Source: Candidatus Neptunichlamydia sp. (GTDB lineage: Bacteria > Chlamydiota > Chlamydiia > Chlamydiales > Simkaniaceae). Taken from it: a stretch of 64,000 bases of DNA. Below are positions 1-9,524 of the stretch, piece after piece (position 1 is the first letter of the stretch; every line of letters begins with the position of its first letter). Made by a program: the position numbers and the translations under genes. Under the pieces are notes generated by a model, which ran no database searches, had not been told where the DNA came from, and worked only from the letters and a program-made list of their open reading frames with translations. The stretch lies in NCBI GenBank assembly GCA_965233865.1, contig OZ247587.1, forward strand, positions 1,408,001 to 1,472,000. The letters run 5' to 3'.

Positions 1-54
1 CTAGGACACAAGGTTTTCATCCTTGCAACAGGGGTTCGAATCCCCTTGGGGTCA
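1..54 (+). tRNA. tRNA-Glu(TTC), 5' end cut off by window edge
   Basis: Anticodon arm CAAGG-TT-TTC-AT-CCTTG, T arm AGGGG-TTCGAAT-CCCCT, acceptor 3' strand GGGGTCA. Confidence 0.93.
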
Positions 55-59
55 TACTT

Positions 60-132
60 GAGGCTTTAGCTCAGTTGGTAGAGCATCTCCCTTTTAAGGA
101 GAGGGTCGTTGGTTCGAGCCCAACAAGCCTCA
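60..132 (+). tRNA. tRNA-Lys(TTT)
   Basis: Full cloverleaf: GAGGCTT/AAGCCTC acceptor, D arm GCTCAGTTGGTAGAGC, anticodon arm TCTCC-CT-TTT-AA-GGAGA, T loop GTTCGAG. Confidence 0.96.
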
Positions 133-168
133 AAAAAAGGTCAGGTGGAAACACCTGACCTTTTTTTT
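132..168. terminator. Bidirectional rho-independent terminator
   Basis: A7-GGTCAGGTG-GAAA-CACCTGACC-T8: perfect 9-bp stem with A/T tracts on both sides, between the tRNAs and a convergent gene remnant. Confidence 0.9.
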
Positions 169-427
169 ATCTAACGCCCCCCATCGTAGTGGAGCTCTCA
201 GTCCATTCAAGGCATTTCCAATATGCATCTTGATCGCTTCCATTTACAGCTGCAGTCAAGGGGTTGTTTTCATATAAAAAACATTCACTTCCTTGATGAA
301 GGTATCCAGCGATCATCGAAAATGTACTATGAGAAAGAATTAAAATATCTGAACACATCATTTGCCATAATGCATAATTTTCCGATGAGTCTCCCCATAC
401 CCCCTTTATACAATGATAAGGGATAGA
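167..427 (-). pseudogene. 3' remnant of a GT11/fucosyltransferase-like glycosyltransferase, cut off by IS630
   Basis: Frame is open from the IS end to the stop at 167; ALWQMMCSDILILSHSTFSMIAGYL resembles the GT11-type C-terminal 'lm..c..hi.anSTFSww.a.L' motif. Confidence 0.5.
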
Positions 428-1169
428 TATAGCTAAAATATTTCGTTTTAGTTATACTTTTTTGAATGACGTATTCATTAGATTTTAGAAAAAAGGTACT
501 GTTGATCCGAAGCACAGAAAATTTAAGTTTTTCCAAGACAGCAAAACGTTTTGGTATAAGTGTAAATAGCATATTTCTTTGGTCTAAGAGGCTAGAGGCA
601 AAGCGCACTAAAAATAGACCTGCAATAAAGATTGAAAGAGATCGCTTGATGGAGGATATCAAAAAATACCCTGATGCCTTCAACTATGAACGAGCATATC
701 GTCTCAATGTAAGCCCTTCAGGTGTTCGTTGTGCCATGAAGCGGCTAAGAATTAGCTAAAAAAACACACTTAACCATCCCAAGGCTTGCAAAAAGAAGAG
801 ATCTCTCTTCAGAGAAAAGATTGCAAGGTATGAATACTTGGAACAAACCTTCTTACTCTTGCACTGTTTGATTGTAATATTAATACAGATGCCTTTAGCA
901 GTTGGGCAGAGCAAGACTTGATACCGAAGCTTCCTTCTGAAAGCGTTTTGGTTATGGATAATTCATCGTTTTATAAAAGCAAATCTATGCAAGAAAAGAT
1001 CGAAGCTGCAGGCCACATCTTGGAATATCTTCCTCCATATTCCCCAGATTTAAATCCTATTGAGCGTAAATGGGCACAAGCAAAATCTAAACGAAGAAAA
1101 TATCAATGTGGAATAGATGAACTTTTTAAGGAATATTGCCTATAACTAAATTATATCAACTTATCTATA
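428..1169 (+). mobile_element. IS630-family element, copy 1 (defective: about 145-bp internal deletion removes the first catalytic Asp, and orfA has a premature stop)
   Basis: Ends TATAGCTAAAATATTTCG.../...TATATCAACTTATCTATA with TA at each end; orfA 466-759 (MTYSLDFRKKVL HTH), orfB part 918-1145 (VMDN...YLPPYSPDLNPIE); near-identical to copy 2 at 23098-23986. Confidence 0.93.
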
Positions 1170-2636
1170 AGCATCATCAATCATCTGACTAGAAGCTGGG
1201 TTTGCTTTGAGGTGTGTTCTCACCTGGGCTAAACGGTTTTTTGGCATCGCTTCAAAAAGAGGCATGAAAGGAAGTTTTAGTTCTTGCTCAAGGGAGATGG
1301 GAATCGGAGGTAAAGCCTGAGGGCAAGAGGCTTCTTCACTCACGGCAAGTGTTCGATCTATCATGGGCATTTTACTGACCTCCTTCAAAGAGTTGCAATA
1401 ATAACTAAAGAAATTCGCTAAATATAGCACCTCAAAGTACTTTTTGCAGATGGGAAGCTTCGGAAGGGTTTCTTCAATTTGATCGCATATTAGAGAGCAA
1501 GCTTCAACCAAATACCCATAATGCTTCTCCTCTTCATCTGTAAGGGGTTCTCCTTCCACTGTTCCGGTCACGTTAAACCCACCTTCATATGAAAGGCTAT
1601 CGCCATTTTTGTAAATTGCATTTTGCTTAAAGACAATTTGATAGGAAATATTGAAGCAGTCCTTATAAACTCCTTTTGATGGCTCGCCTCCCATAAGATC
1701 TTTAAGAATCTCATTAAATATTCGGTAACGAATTCCTAGGTTTTCACAATGCTTGTGATAGTCTGTTGAGTGCTCGATAAGATAACCCTGAGATTTCTCT
1801 TTAGCACCATTCCAACCTTCAATAAAGTCTTTCTTAAAAAAGCGCCCATTGACAAATCCCTTCATGTAATAATCAAGCATTGCAAGAGCTTCCCCCGTCA
1901 ATGTATGGCGATATACAGGAGGAATGACCGGATAGCTTGTTATTGAATGATTAAAATGAAGACTGAAAAACGAAAGGTCTCAATATACGTAGACCCCTCT
2001 AGCAACGTCTCTTAAGGTTTGCAAAGCCTCGGTTTCACTTAACTCATAAGTCGGAATGTAAAAGGTGTGGGATCCTTCTTGCTCAGGGGAGTCCAGGAGA
2101 TTTAAGATTTTGCCATACTTTCCTGCAACACCTTGGATTTTTCGTATCTGAAGAGCTGTATATTGAGGAGTTTGGCATGCGGCTTCGTACACACTCTTAA
2201 TGTTGTTAATCACAAGATGCCCTTTAAAGGTCTGGGAATCCGCTCTATACTGGATGAATTTTGGAGTGATGAAACGCCCTCCATTCTTAGGATCATCCGC
2301 TACCCATTGCTTGGGGAAATTGTTCCTTCCTCCATCGACTATTTTTCCATTTCTAACGTAAGCCCAAGCTTGTTCACCTCTAGATGTTGTTTTGAGATAG
2401 ATTTCCACACCATGTCTATTTTCACTTATTTTGAAGGACGAGCTAGAAGTTGCATATTCTATAAAAGATCGATTTTCAGGAATATTTTTGTCGAAATGGC
2501 CGGGAGATTTTTTAAATATGTGGCCCGTTATATTAGGGTTATCTTCAATAATAGGTTGAGTCCACTTTGCGCTAGCATTTAGCGTACTGAAAGTGAGTAT
2601 AAGAACCAAAGTAATGAAATAGCACTTTTTAATTAT
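1161..2636 (-). pseudogene. Large secreted protein with N-terminal toxin-like domain; one in-frame TGA and 3' truncation by IS630
   Basis: ORFs 1980-2609 and 1161-1901 share a frame and are separated only by TGA at 1980-1982 plus 26 sense codons; signal peptide (I)IKKCYFITLVLILTFSTLNASA starts at ATA 2636 after AGGA; the final stop comes from the IS end. Confidence 0.65.
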
Positions 2637-2713
2637 GACTATCCTACACCATTGTTGAATAAACTTAATGAAGTGAATATATTCATTTTTAATTTAAAGC
2701 AGCAAGAAAAAAC

Positions 2714-3226
2714 ATGAAAGATCTAATTTCTATAGAAGACAGCTTTCAATCAATTATGCTTTTTTTTCAAGATTTCTGGGATAGTTTCTTAAGAGAGAGG
2801 ATGCTTCAGGAAGGTCTTATTGATCCCGAATTACCTGATAACAGATCTCGTGCACAGGTCGTACCTAAGTCAGCTAATATTGATTTGCTTGAGGACAATA
2901 ACTTTTTCTTTTTGGTCGTATGCATTGGGACATCTTCGAGTGACTATTTTGAAGAGATTATTGAAAAAAGAATGAATATTCCTGCTACTGAACAACATCA
3001 CGGCCTAAAAATTACTAAGAAAATGCTTTTCCAGCTAACTATTGATTTTTGCGATTATTTCAACAAACGCTTTCAGCAAGAAGGAAGAGATTCTCTCAAA
3101 TTTGCAATTGATTGGCTTGAGGATATGAGAAATCATCCACAAAAACATGAAACTGAGTGGAATATCTGGAATAAGACTATCATTGATGTAATTGACAATG
3201 GACAGAAATCCTTAAGCTTCTTTTGA
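2714..3226 (+). CDS. Hypothetical helical protein, immunity-protein-like
   Basis: 170-aa ORF; two similar helical halves (ISIEDSFQSIMLFFQDFW / ITKKMLFQLTIDFCDYF); divergent from the toxin-like gene. Confidence 0.6.
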   Translation: MKDLISIEDSFQSIMLFFQDFWDSFLRERMLQEGLIDPELPDNRSRAQVVPKSANIDLLEDNNFFFLVVCIGTSSSDYFEEIIEKRMNIPATEQHHGLKITKKMLFQLTIDFCDYFNKRFQQEGRDSLKFAIDWLEDMRNHPQKHETEWNIWNKTIIDVIDNGQKSLSFF

Positions 3227-3353
3227 GGCCGTCGCTAGTTTCAATTTGACTATAGGGAGTGCCTAGGAAATAAAAAGTCTTAGAACTTTAAAACTTTGTT
3301 TTAATAATTAGATGAGATAAAATCCTTTTCATGACCTAATTTTAGGATGAAAA

Positions 3354-4964
3354 ATGAGTTTTAGGAAATCTAGAAAAGCGATCATTTACTTCTTGACTTT
3401 ATTTACAGCATTTTTGTTGATCTTTCTTTTAAAATTTAATACGATTGAAGGGCCAGGAGAAAAGCGCATGCTTAGAATTTCTCTTCCAGAAGATGTTAGA
3501 ACCTTAGATCCTGCCTTTGCCTTTGAGAACAATTCTTCCCACATAGTTAATATGGTGTTTGAAGGGCTCATGAGAAGGGGAGTTGATGACGTTCCACAGC
3601 TAGCTATTGCTGACAATGTTGACATTTCTAGAGATCAAACACACTACATTTTTCACTTGAGAGATTGTAAGTGGAGTGACGGGACAGATATTACAGCATA
3701 TGATTTTGAGTTCGCTTGGAAAAGGGCCTTAAATCCAAGCACAAAAGCTGTAACTCAAGTACCTTATTATTTTTACCCTATTAAGAATGCAAAACTCTCC
3801 CTTTCTGGTCAGATTTCTGTTGATGAAGTCTGCGTTTATGCGATTGATGCAAAAACTCTTGCCATAGACCTTGAATACCCATCACCCTATTTTCTTGATA
3901 TTGTCGCGCTTCCCTATTTTTATCCTATTCCAAAGCATGCAATAGAAGAAGATTCTAATTGGGGAAATAATGAGAATCTCGTTTGTAACGGGCCATTCTC
4001 ATTAAAAAGTTGGAAAAAAGGAAATAGAATTGAGGTTGTAAAAAATCCAAACTACTGGGATCAAGAAAATGTTCACCTTGCTGGTATTAACATTAGTATC
4101 GTAGGCAATTCAAACACCTCTATTATGCTTTATGAAAAAGGAAGCTTAGACTGGGTTGGGGCTCCTTTTGATAGAATGTCTTACGATGTGTCCTCTTTAG
4201 ATAGAAATAAGGAGAGCGTTCATGCGTACTGGTTTTTTGTTAATACAGAAAAATACCCCTTGAATAATCAAAAGCTTAGAAAAGCTCTTAGCTATGCTAT
4301 CGATAGAAAGTCGATTGTTGATAATGTTTTTCATGACTCTGGTGAGCCTGCTATGTCCCTTCTGTCCCAACCTTTGCGAGTAAGATCCGGGCACTGTTTT
4401 GAGGATAATAACGTATCTGATGCTAGAAAATTATTCGAGGAAGCCTTAGATGAACTCGGTATATCAGCAAAAGATCTTCCAGAAATTGAGTTAAGTTATG
4501 TAGCAGAAATAGAGATGCATCATCGGATCGCCCAAGCGATTCAAGACCAACTGAAAAAAGCTTTGAATGTCAAGATAGGACTCAGAAAAGCAGGATGGGC
4601 TGTTCATTATGACAGTATTTCTAGCGGCGATTATGATTTAGGATTTATGGGATGGTTCACAAATGTTTTAGATGGTTCTTTTATCCTGGAGAATTTCAAA
4701 AATAAAAGGGATAGTGCTAATAAATGCAGTTGGGAAAATGCCCAGTATAAAAAATGCCTGGATCAGGCAAACATCACATTAAATCAAATGGAAAGAGTAA
4801 GACTTCTTAGGGGAGCGGAAGATATCTTGATCGAAGAGATGCCTATTATTCCTTTATGTTTTATAAATCAAAGATTTGCAAAAAACTCAAAGCTAAAAGG
4901 AGAAAATCTTTCCACTCTTCATTTTATAGATTTTAAATCTGCTTACTTTGAAGATAGTGAATAG
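3354..4964 (+). CDS. oppA: Oligopeptide ABC transporter substrate-binding protein (SBP family 5)
   Basis: TLDPA, VFEGLM, YIFHLRDCKWSDG, NGPFSLKSW, KNPNYW and EEMPIIPL motifs; N-terminal membrane anchor. Confidence 0.93.
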   Translation: MSFRKSRKAIIYFLTLFTAFLLIFLLKFNTIEGPGEKRMLRISLPEDVRTLDPAFAFENNSSHIVNMVFEGLMRRGVDDVPQLAIADNVDISRDQTHYIFHLRDCKWSDGTDITAYDFEFAWKRALNPSTKAVTQVPYYFYPIKNAKLSLSGQISVDEVCVYAIDAKTLAIDLEYPSPYFLDIVALPYFYPIPKHAIEEDSNWGNNENLVCNGPFSLKSWKKGNRIEVVKNPNYWDQENVHLAGINISIVGNSNTSIMLYEKGSLDWVGAPFDRMSYDVSSLDRNKESVHAYWFFVNTEKYPLNNQKLRKALSYAIDRKSIVDNVFHDSGEPAMSLLSQPLRVRSGHCFEDNNVSDARKLFEEALDELGISAKDLPEIELSYVAEIEMHHRIAQAIQDQLKKALNVKIGLRKAGWAVHYDSISSGDYDLGFMGWFTNVLDGSFILENFKNKRDSANKCSWENAQYKKCLDQANITLNQMERVRLLRGAEDILIEEMPIIPLCFINQRFAKNSKLKGENLSTLHFIDFKSAYFEDSE

Positions 4965-5067
4965 AATCACGTAGGTTCATCAGAAGTCAAACTTGCTTTC
5001 TCTGCGACAACACCTACAACTCAATTCTTTATTTATTGCGAATTGGTATTGCTCTCTTCTCGATTTC

Positions 5068-5096
5068 TTGACAAATAGCTTTTTCTCACGTATTAA
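5068..5096 (+). promoter_or_regulatory. Sigma70/sigma66-type promoter of the tol-pal operon
   Basis: TTGACA, 17-nt spacer, TATTAA; AGGAG just before the GTG start at 5117. Confidence 0.55.
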
Positions 5097-5116
5097 TTTC
5101 ATTAATATCGTTAGGA

Positions 5117-5812
5117 GTGTTCGTGGGAACTTTTTTTCAGGCTTTTGCCGCCGCTGATTTTTTTGGAAAACTTATTTTCTTTGGATTATTTATCCTTTCC
5201 TGCGGATCGTGGGTATTTATCCTCCAAAAATTTTGGATGCTCAAAAATGTTCGAACCCAAGCAAAACGGTTTAGAAAAATGGCAGAGATGCACAAGGAAC
5301 AGATTTTGAATTTAAATTCTCGTTCGAGAAATCCATTCAGTATTCTCTATAACATATTAAAGGAACAAACTCTCATCGTCCTCGATAAAAACAATTATTT
5401 TTTTCAAGGAAGTGAAAATTATCTTTCTGGGCTCGACATTGAATTTCTGGAGTCCCATCTCCACACTGCTGTTGCAAAAGAGAAGGGGAAAGTTGAAAAA
5501 AACCTATTCATTCTTTCCACTACAAAAACTCTCGCTCCATTTTTAGGTCTTCTAGGCACAGTTTGGGGAATCCTCGTTTCTTTTGGCGAATTGCAGGCAG
5601 GCCATTCTGCAACTTCGAATACTGTTATTTTAGGTGGGCTTTCAACAGCTCTTACAACCACTGTTTTAGGCCTTCTAATCGCTATTCCCGCCCTTATTGC
5701 TCACAGCTATTTAAAAAATCTCAGCAAGAAATTCACACTTGAAATGGTTGAGTTTAGCCATTACCTTCTTTCTACTGTGGAACTTCAGTACCGAAAAGTG
5801 GACGTGAGCTGA
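5117..5812 (+). CDS. tolQ: MotA/TolQ/ExbB proton channel protein
   Basis: LAPFLGLLGTVWGI and ALTTTVLGLLIAIPA motifs. Confidence 0.93.
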   Translation: MFVGTFFQAFAAADFFGKLIFFGLFILSCGSWVFILQKFWMLKNVRTQAKRFRKMAEMHKEQILNLNSRSRNPFSILYNILKEQTLIVLDKNNYFFQGSENYLSGLDIEFLESHLHTAVAKEKGKVEKNLFILSTTKTLAPFLGLLGTVWGILVSFGELQAGHSATSNTVILGGLSTALTTTVLGLLIAIPALIAHSYLKNLSKKFTLEMVEFSHYLLSTVELQYRKVDVS

Positions 5813-5814
5813 GG

Positions 5815-6240
5815 ATGAAAAATTTCCATGCTTTCTTAAATTCTAATGACGAAGAGGAAGAAGATGTTAATCTTACCCCCCTCATTGATGTGGTATTTGT
5901 CGTTCTTATCATGTTTATCTTGGTTGCTCCCTTGGTTGAAATCGACCGGATTCATCTGGCCGTTGCAGGTGGAGAGAAGAAATCAGACATGACTTCATTC
6001 CAAGAAAATACAGCGATAAAAATTCATGTGTACGATGACAACTCTATTTGGTTAAATGGAGTTTCAGTCACAGTTGACGAGCTCAGCAACCAGCTCCAAA
6101 AAATGCATCCTTCCCACCAAAGACTTTCTCCCCAAGTCTTCCATGACCGGAAAGCCTTTTTTGGAACCTATCAATCGGTGAAAAATGCTGTAGAAGGAGC
6201 TGGTTTTGATTCCGTTGACGTGATATTAAAACCAGGATAG
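5815..6240 (+). CDS. tolR: ExbD/TolR family protein
   Basis: NLTPLIDVVFVVLIMFIL signature. Confidence 0.93.
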   Translation: MKNFHAFLNSNDEEEEDVNLTPLIDVVFVVLIMFILVAPLVEIDRIHLAVAGGEKKSDMTSFQENTAIKIHVYDDNSIWLNGVSVTVDELSNQLQKMHPSHQRLSPQVFHDRKAFFGTYQSVKNAVEGAGFDSVDVILKPG

Positions 6241-6244
6241 TCTC

Positions 6245-6871
6245 ATGAGGGAAAAACCACTCATCCTCATCTCATGCGTCGTCTTTGTCCATCTATTCTT
6301 TTTCTTGTTTGATTTTAAAGAAAAACACTCTCCCCTTGCTCCAAAAAAATCAATCGTTGTGAACACTTACCTTCCCCCTCCTACAAAAGCCACGACTCCT
6401 GCTTCACCCCCCCAAGCACAGCAAACAACAAAAATCGCGCCAAAAAAACCAACAGCCCTATCAAGGAGATCGGCGCCCTCTAAGAAAAATGAGATTTTAA
6501 AAAATCTAAAAGAGACCCTTTCAAAGATTGAAACAAAAGCTCCCCCGGAAGCATCTCTTCCCCTTCCGAAACAAATTCAATCTCTACAGATTGATCATGC
6601 TGAAAAGAAAGAGGAAACCGATTATTTCATCTCTCTTGCCCATGCCTTGAAAGAAGAGCTTGAACTTCCAGAGCTTGGCGAGGTAAAGTTAGAGCTAACT
6701 GTGAGTTATACAGGGCAGGTCCTCAAGTTGCGGATTCTCCAAACGCTGTCAGAAAAAAATCGACGGTATTTAGAGTTGAACCTTCCTCGGCTGAGGCTTC
6801 CCCCTTTTAGTGAGGATTTGAAAAACGAAAACGCGCATACCTTTACTCTTACTTTTTGTAATGCAACTTAG
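6245..6871 (+). CDS. TolA/TonB-like energy transducer
   Basis: N-terminal TM with S..VH (SCVVFVH), Pro/Lys-rich linker, TonB_C/TolA-like C-terminus; lies between tolR and tolB. Confidence 0.7.
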   Translation: MREKPLILISCVVFVHLFFFLFDFKEKHSPLAPKKSIVVNTYLPPPTKATTPASPPQAQQTTKIAPKKPTALSRRSAPSKKNEILKNLKETLSKIETKAPPEASLPLPKQIQSLQIDHAEKKEETDYFISLAHALKEELELPELGEVKLELTVSYTGQVLKLRILQTLSEKNRRYLELNLPRLRLPPFSEDLKNENAHTFTLTFCNAT

Positions 6872-8129
6872 TCTTCTCTTTTCTTTTGAAGAAAAGGAGC
6901 TTATTGTTCCACTGTCTACTCGGAATTTTTTATCAACTGTGTCGGTTTCTCCTCTTAAGGGTTCTTCTTTTTCGGAAGAGCATTTAGCAGAACTTCGAAA
7001 GACTCTGCTACTCGATATTAATAGAAATGGAAGCTGCTCGGTTGAAGCGAGGGATAAATCAGACTTTCATGTTGAGCTGGAACTTATCGGAAAAGGTCTT
7101 TCGGCTGTAGTTGAACTAAAGCGGGGAGGTGTAACAAAAACGCTCGGTCCCTATTCCCTATGTAGTTCTCTCCCTTCAGATCGACGCATCCTTCACACGT
7201 TTCATGATGATCTTGCTCAAATCATTACTGGGAAACAAGGAATTGCTTCTACCCGCCTTCTTTTTGCCATTCAATTCCCTGAAAAAACTCCTCAAGGCTA
7301 TGAATGGCGCTCTGAAATTTGGGAGTCAGATTACGATGGAAAGAATACAAGGCAAGTGACGCAAGAGTGTAGTTATTGCATTAACCCTGTCTTTTTTCCC
7401 TCTGAAGGAGAGTTCACTAAGGGAAAGTTTATGTATGTAAACTACAAAAAAGGACAGCCAAAAATCTATATCTCTTCTTTTGACTCTCCATGTGGTGATC
7501 CCTTTCTCTCCCTTCGAGGAAATCAGATCCTTCCAACTCTTTCACCGAAAGGGGATCTAATTGCTTTTATCTCTGATGCAAGTGGGCGGGCTGACCTATT
7601 CATTCAGCTCTTTAGCCGCAATCACGGACCCGTAGGGAAACCGATCCAGGTCTTCTCCTATCCAAAGTCTGTGCAAGCGTCACCAACATTTCGTCCTGAT
7701 GGCAAAAAAATTGCCTTTGTTTCCGATAAAAATGGAACTCCCCGTATTTTCTTAATCGACACCCCCTATCCTGGAAGAGACGTTTCAACGCATCCTATAT
7801 GCCTCACAAAAAATTACCGTCATAACACTTGTCCAGCCTGGTCTCCTGATGGAACAAAGCTCGCATACAGTGCTATGATTGACGGCATTAGGCAGATCAT
7901 GGTATATGATTTTCTGACGCAAGAAGAAATTCCGTTAACGAGCGGCTCAAGCCACAAAGAAAATCCGACTTGGGCTCCAAATAGTCTCCATATTATTTAT
8001 AATACAGTTGACCTCTCTTCTTCGGAGTTATATATTATTAACTTAAAACAAAAAGAACCACTGCAAATTACAAGTGGACCTGGAAAAAAACATTATCCCT
8101 CTTGGGAACCAATTAAAGGGCTTTTATGA
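6825..8129 (+). CDS. tolB: Tol-Pal beta-propeller protein TolB (signal-peptide start probably ACG at 6825; first ATG at 6861)
   Basis: PD40 repeats (SPKGDLIAFIS, RPDGKKIAFVS, WSPDGTKLAYS); the in-frame upstream extension KTRIPLLLLFV completes a signal peptide. Confidence 0.9.
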   Translation, partial: TKTRIPLLLLFVMQLSLLFSFEEKELIVPLSTRNFLSTVSVSPLKGSSFSEEHLAELRKTLLLDINRNGSCSVEARDKSDFHVELELIGKGLSAVVELKRGGVTKTLGPYSLCSSLPSDRRILHTFHDDLAQIITGKQGIASTRLLFAIQFPEKTPQGYEWRSEIWESDYDGKNTRQVTQECSYCINPVFFPSEGEFTKGKFMYVNYKKGQPKIYISSFDSPCGDPFLSLRGNQILPTLSPKGDLIAFISDASGRADLFIQLFSRNHGPVGKPIQVFSYPKSVQASPTFRPDGKKIAFVSDKNGTPRIFLIDTPYPGRDVSTHPICLTKNYRHNTCPAWSPDGTKLAYSAMIDGIRQIMVYDFLTQEEIPLTSGSSHKENPTWAPNSLHIIYNTVDLSSSELYIINLKQKEPLQITSGPGKKHYPSWEPIKGLL

Positions 8130-8818
8130 AAAAATACTCTTGGCTGTTTGCAGCATTCGGCATTGCCTTTCTCACATCTAGCTGCCAAAGCAATTCCAAC
8201 ACAGTCTGGGAAGACACTAAAACCATGGGGCGTTACCTCCATCGAAAGGGACAATTGCTGTGGAAACAAGATGTTAATTCCAAAATGATTGAAACGGCTG
8301 ATGAATTTAACGGACCCCAGGAAGAAGAGTACATCCCTCTGAAAGACGAGGATCTCAGAAGACAATTTGCTGATATGAGCATTCCTCAGCCAAAGGAAGT
8401 GCCAGGAGCTATTGGAAGCTCTATTCCAAGTATCGATCAATTTGTGAAGCCTGCTTCCCACTTAGCCAGCCTATATCAAAACCTTTATTTCAATACCGAT
8501 GAACATGTCCTCCGCTCCAAAGAATATTACAAAAAAATCGCGAATATCGCTGAATACATGAAGAAAAACAACGATACATATATTTTTGTTTCTGGCCATT
8601 GCGATGAGAGAGCTTCTGAAGCATACAATTTAGCCCTTGGCACAAGACGTGCCAACACCATCAGAAATCTTCTTGTAAAGCACGGTGTCAATCCAAACCA
8701 CATTTACACTATATCCTTTGGAAAGGAAATGCCCAGTGACCTTGGTCACACACAAGAATCTTGGGCAAAAAATCGCCGCGTAGAATTTAAAATTTTTGAA
8801 AAAAAAGGCTCTAAATGA
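8126..8818 (+). CDS. pal: Peptidoglycan-associated lipoprotein (OmpA domain)
   Basis: Lipobox LTSSC; GHCDERASEAYNLALGTRRA...KNRRVEF. Confidence 0.95.
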   Translation: MKKYSWLFAAFGIAFLTSSCQSNSNTVWEDTKTMGRYLHRKGQLLWKQDVNSKMIETADEFNGPQEEEYIPLKDEDLRRQFADMSIPQPKEVPGAIGSSIPSIDQFVKPASHLASLYQNLYFNTDEHVLRSKEYYKKIANIAEYMKKNNDTYIFVSGHCDERASEAYNLALGTRRANTIRNLLVKHGVNPNHIYTISFGKEMPSDLGHTQESWAKNRRVEFKIFEKKGSK

Positions 8819-9447
8819 AAAAACCCTTGCTCTTGCTTCCAGCTCTCATCTTTACAGGATGTGGTAGTATTGGATCGTCTAAAGGAGACAAACATCAAAT
8901 GGAGCTCAGTCTCCATAAAGTGCGAACCGAAGTGGAAGATGTCAAACACGACTTAAACACCTACGAAATTGAGCACCATGTCATTGAGGGAAAGCTGATT
9001 GATCAAGAGCAGACTATTGCCTCTTTAAGGCATCAAGTTGCTGAACTGAAATCAGGAAAACTCGATTCTTTTGTCCAAGAATTGCAAAACTTAGATAAGA
9101 AGATCCATCAGATTTCAAAAAAGCAGGATAAAGTTGCCACCGACATCCGGCAACTTAGCTCTCACGCTAATGACACAACGACCGCCTTAGCTCAATACAA
9201 AGATAAAATTGCTCAGTTTGAAAAGGCGATACAAGGACAAAACCTCCAGCTGAGTGAAATCCAAAAAATTAAAGATGGAATCACAAAACTTGCAGAAGCT
9301 GAGAGTGAAAAGTCTTATATCGTAAAATCTGGGGATTCACTCGAAAAAATTGCACGCGACCATCATACATCTGTAGAAAAAATCAAACAAATTAACGGAA
9401 TGATCTCTGATTTAATTGTTGTTGATCAACAGCTTTTCATTCCGTGA
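8815..9447 (+). CDS. LysM-domain lipoprotein with coiled coil
   Basis: Lipobox FTGC; C-terminal YIVKSGDSLEKIAR...LFIP LysM motif. Confidence 0.9.
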   Translation: MKKPLLLLPALIFTGCGSIGSSKGDKHQMELSLHKVRTEVEDVKHDLNTYEIEHHVIEGKLIDQEQTIASLRHQVAELKSGKLDSFVQELQNLDKKIHQISKKQDKVATDIRQLSSHANDTTTALAQYKDKIAQFEKAIQGQNLQLSEIQKIKDGITKLAEAESEKSYIVKSGDSLEKIARDHHTSVEKIKQINGMISDLIVVDQQLFIP

Positions 9448-9524
9448 TATAACGTAATAGTCGGTGTAGCTAATAATTCTTTGATTGACTATTCTTAGCC
9501 AAAACCACTTGATAAGGAACTCAT

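Noticed and set aside
327..683. 118-aa minus-strand ORF (and its twin 23731-24159)
   Set aside because: Antisense shadow of IS630 orfA running into flanking DNA
1980..1982. In-frame TGA as evidence of recoding (Trp or Sec) or an alternative genetic code
   Set aside because: TGA terminates conserved genes here (tolQ, pal, LysM gene), and the same ORF shows other signs of decay, so a nonsense mutation is simpler
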